From contig CBDCYU010000003.1 in assembly GCA_965224345.1 (NCBI GenBank), positions 2,100,297-2,164,296 of the forward strand: DNA of 64,000 nt, written 5' to 3'. The translations under genes and the position numbers were made by a program. Positions 61,957 through 64,000 of the stretch are shown here, in pieces (within the stretch, counting starts at the first letter, position 1; each line of letters opens with the position of its first letter). Below the pieces are notes generated by a model that worked only from the letters and a program-made list of their open reading frames with translations, was not told where the DNA came from and did not search any database. This DNA is from Dehalococcoidia bacterium. GTDB lineage: Bacteria > Chloroflexota > Dehalococcoidia > Lucifugimonadales > CBDCYU01.

Positions 61957-62475
61957 TTACTCGGCGGTATCTCCGGCGGCCGGCTCAGCGGTACGCGCCG
62001 CCAGCCGCGAGTCCAGGATGAGGAGACCGGTCCCGTCGTCCCCCACGAGCTTCAGGTGATCGACGATCTCGGTGACGGACTTCTCCTCCTCGACCTGCTC
62101 CTCGATGAACCACTCCAGCAGTACCTGGGTGGCGTAGTCGTTCTCGGAGTCGGCCTCCCGGTAGAGCTCCTCGATCATCGCGGTTACTTCCCTCTCGTGC
62201 TCCAGGGTCATCTCGATCACGGACCGCACCGACTCGAACTCGGTCGGCGGCTGTCCGATGGCCTGCATGACCGCACGACCGTTCCGGTCGACGATGTAGT
62301 CGAAGAGGCGCATCGCGTGGGAGACCTCCTCGTCGTGCTGCATCCTCATCCAGTGCGCGAACCCCCTCAGGTGCTCGGCCTCGAAGTAGGCAGCCATGGA
62401 CAGGTAGAGATGGGCCGAGTACAGCTCGCTGTTCAGCTGGTCGTTGATAGCGTTTTGGAGCCTGCTGCTTAGCAT
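61957..62475 (-). CDS. ferritin (non-heme, Ftn-like)
   Basis: LNSELYSAHLYLSMAAYFEAEHLRGFAHWMRMQHDEEVSHAMRLFDYI carries the ferroxidase-centre E/ExxH ligands. An AAGGAGG RBS precedes the start. Confidence 0.9.
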   Translation of the reverse strand: MLSSRLQNAINDQLNSELYSAHLYLSMAAYFEAEHLRGFAHWMRMQHDEEVSHAMRLFDYIVDRNGRAVMQAIGQPPTEFESVRSVIEMTLEHEREVTAMIEELYREADSENDYATQVLLEWFIEEQVEEEKSVTEIVDHLKLVGDDGTGLLILDSRLAARTAEPAAGDTAE

Positions 62476-62646
62476 CGCTCTTCCTCCTTGTCATCGAATA
62501 CGGCGCGGCGGCCGGGAGCGAGCCGCCGCACACAGTGGGACAGCCGCTCCCGGCGCGTGATTCCCACGTACAGTATAGCGGGATGCGGTCCCCGGTGGAC
62601 AGGCTCCCCCTCGCAGGTGGAGATTGAGAGCGGGTCGCGGGCGGCC

Positions 62647-63789
62647 TCAGCGCGCGACGGAGTAGGGGTCGGCGGCATCCCTCAGGCCGTCGCCCATGAA
62701 GTTGAAGCTGAGGACCACTACGATCACCAGCAGAGCCGGCATGAGGAGCCATGGCGCGGCGGCAACCGAGTATATGTTCTGGGCCTCGAACAGCAGCACG
62801 CCCCAGCTGATAGTGGGGGGCCTCAGCCCGAGATTCAGGAAGCTGAGGGACGTCTCGGCGATGATCATGGCGGGTATCGCCAGCGTGGTGGAGGCGATCA
62901 GGTGGCTCAGGAACGAGGGCACCATATGGTGGAAGATCACCCTGAGCTCCGAAGACCCGTAGAGCCTGGCGGCAACGACAAAGTCCTCCTCCCTCATGAC
63001 CAGGAACCGCCCGCGGACCTCTCGCGCCAGGCCGGTCCAGCCGATGATGGAGAGGATTATCGTTATCGCGAAGTAGACGCGTATGTTGGACCAGTCCGCG
63101 GGTATCGCGGCGGCCAGCGACAGCCACAGGGGAATCGTGGGCATGGACCTTAGGAACTCTATCAGGCGTTGAATAACCAGGTCCGACAGGCCGCTCCGGT
63201 AGCCGGAGATGCCGCCCAACAGCACGCCCAAGAAGAGGCTCATGCTGACGCCCACCAACCCGATGCTCATCGATATGCGGGTGCCGTACATCAGCCTCGA
63301 CCACATGTCCCTGCCGAAGCGGTCGGTCCCAAGCGGGTGTAAGTCCGCTCGCGAGCCGTCCTCCTTCCTCGCACCCATCACGTGAATATCCGTGGTGAAG
63401 AGCCGCAGGAGCTTGTACTCATGCTGGGGGTCGCGGACGAAGAATGCGATGGGGTACTTCTTGGTGCGGTCCTCGACGTGCTCCATCTTCAGAGTGTAGG
63501 GATTCCGCTGTGTGTCTATCGCGTAGACGAAGGGACCGATGTCCCAACCGTCCCAGAGCCGTATCATCTGCGGCGGGATGAACGCCCTCCGCGAGAGCTG
63601 GTCGTGGGGGTCCTGGATCGCCAGGGTCTCCGCAAAGACCGTGACGAGATAGAGGCAGACGATAACCGCCAGGGCGGGCAGGGCGATACGGTGCCGCTTG
63701 AAGCGCCACCACACCAGCCGCCACTGGGAGGTTACGAATACGCGCTCCTCGTGCGTGGATGGGACAGATTCCCTTGCGGCTGCTGCCAT
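62647..63789 (-). CDS. ABC transporter permease, OppC/DppC-like with a long N-terminal domain
   Basis: PLGTDRFGRDMWSRLMYGTRISMSIGLVG is the OppC N-motif, and the EAA loop is …AARLYGSSELRVIFHHMVPS…. Confidence 0.9.
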   Translation of the reverse strand: MAAAARESVPSTHEERVFVTSQWRLVWWRFKRHRIALPALAVIVCLYLVTVFAETLAIQDPHDQLSRRAFIPPQMIRLWDGWDIGPFVYAIDTQRNPYTLKMEHVEDRTKKYPIAFFVRDPQHEYKLLRLFTTDIHVMGARKEDGSRADLHPLGTDRFGRDMWSRLMYGTRISMSIGLVGVSMSLFLGVLLGGISGYRSGLSDLVIQRLIEFLRSMPTIPLWLSLAAAIPADWSNIRVYFAITIILSIIGWTGLAREVRGRFLVMREEDFVVAARLYGSSELRVIFHHMVPSFLSHLIASTTLAIPAMIIAETSLSFLNLGLRPPTISWGVLLFEAQNIYSVAAAPWLLMPALLVIVVVLSFNFMGDGLRDAADPYSVAR

Positions 63790-63790
63790 G

Positions 63791-64000
63791 TCACATTGCC
63801 AATCGGATGCGGGGGTCCAGCCATCCCAGCAGGATGTCCGATATCAGGGTGCCCAGCAACGTCAGGGCGGTCAATATGAACAGTATGGAGCCCGCCATGT
63901 ACATGTCCTGGGACCACAGGGCCCTCAGCAGGAGGGGCCCGACGGTGGGAAGGCTCATCACGGTGGCGACGATCAGGCTGCCGGAGAAGAGCTGGGGCAG
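63791..64000 (-). CDS. ABC transporter permease, OppB/DppB-like, C-terminal 69 codons only (5' part outside the window)
   Basis: The minus-strand translation is LPQLFSGSLIVATVMSLPTVGPLLLRALWSQDMYMAGSILFILTALTLLGTLISDILLGWLDPRIRLAM*. The stop lies 1 nt before the next gene's ATG. Confidence 0.85.
   Translation of the reverse strand: MPQLFSGSLIVATVMSLPTVGPLLLRALWSQDMYMAGSILFILTALTLLGTLISDILLGWLDPRIRLAM

Noticed and set aside
61985-63304. A 439-aa minus-strand ORF spanning ferritin and the OppC-like permease.
   Set aside because: It is out of frame with two well-supported genes, extremely Arg/Gly/Pro-rich, and has no motifs.

Overview
This is a 64-kb, high-GC bacterial chromosomal window. Gene content, strong GGAGG-type ribosome-binding sites and frequent GTG/TTG starts suggest a Chloroflexota-like organism, but that is inference only. 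Because of the high GC, most long ORFs in the six-frame track are antisense or out-of-frame shadows of real genes.

Core content:
- A sugar and 2-hydroxyacid gene group: a PPi-type phosphofructokinase, two D-2-hydroxyacid dehydrogenases and HAD hydrolases.
- An NMT1/THI5-type ABC importer.
- PPK2 and a PspA-PspAA envelope-stress module.
- A large PT-repeat / beta-propeller / HExxH lipoprotein.
- A thioredoxin-fold / peptidase operon.
- An inositol-phosphate / GT4 / CDP-alcohol phosphatidyltransferase cluster.
- glmU and a CNNM/CorC protein.
- Two collagen-like lipoproteins.
- tRNA-Arg(CCG), an amidase and a cytochrome c.
- typA, a DEAD-box helicase, comEA-comEC and rph.
- A three-gene 2-oxoacid:ferredoxin oxidoreductase operon with a FadR-type regulator.
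- Ferritin and the start of an Opp/Dpp permease operon.

Accessory patches:
1. 0.5-1.5 kb: a decayed locus with a palindromic REP/MITE-like element and an Fe-ADH pseudogene.
2. 8.2-13.0 kb: an IS5-group element nested inside an IS427-like element, then a Cas4-like nuclease, a Panacea(DUF4065)/RelE-ParE-like pair, and an inverted 152-bp copy of the typA 5' end.
3. 46.5-50.2 kb: a small-protein operon, a coiled-coil membrane protein, tRNA-Leu(UAA), and an IS1595 element plus a remnant of a second copy.
4. 54.6-61.0 kb: a co-directional defence island with Phd-VapC, a translationally coupled cassette (MTase-Mrr fusion / ABC-like ATPase / DUF4276 / DUF1643), and a TcmP + Gp37/Gp68 pair.

The two most interesting items are the four-gene MTase/ATPase/DUF4276/DUF1643 cassette, which is a candidate undescribed system, and an in-frame TGA that sits exactly on the first Cys of a CxxC redox motif, which makes that gene a candidate selenoprotein.
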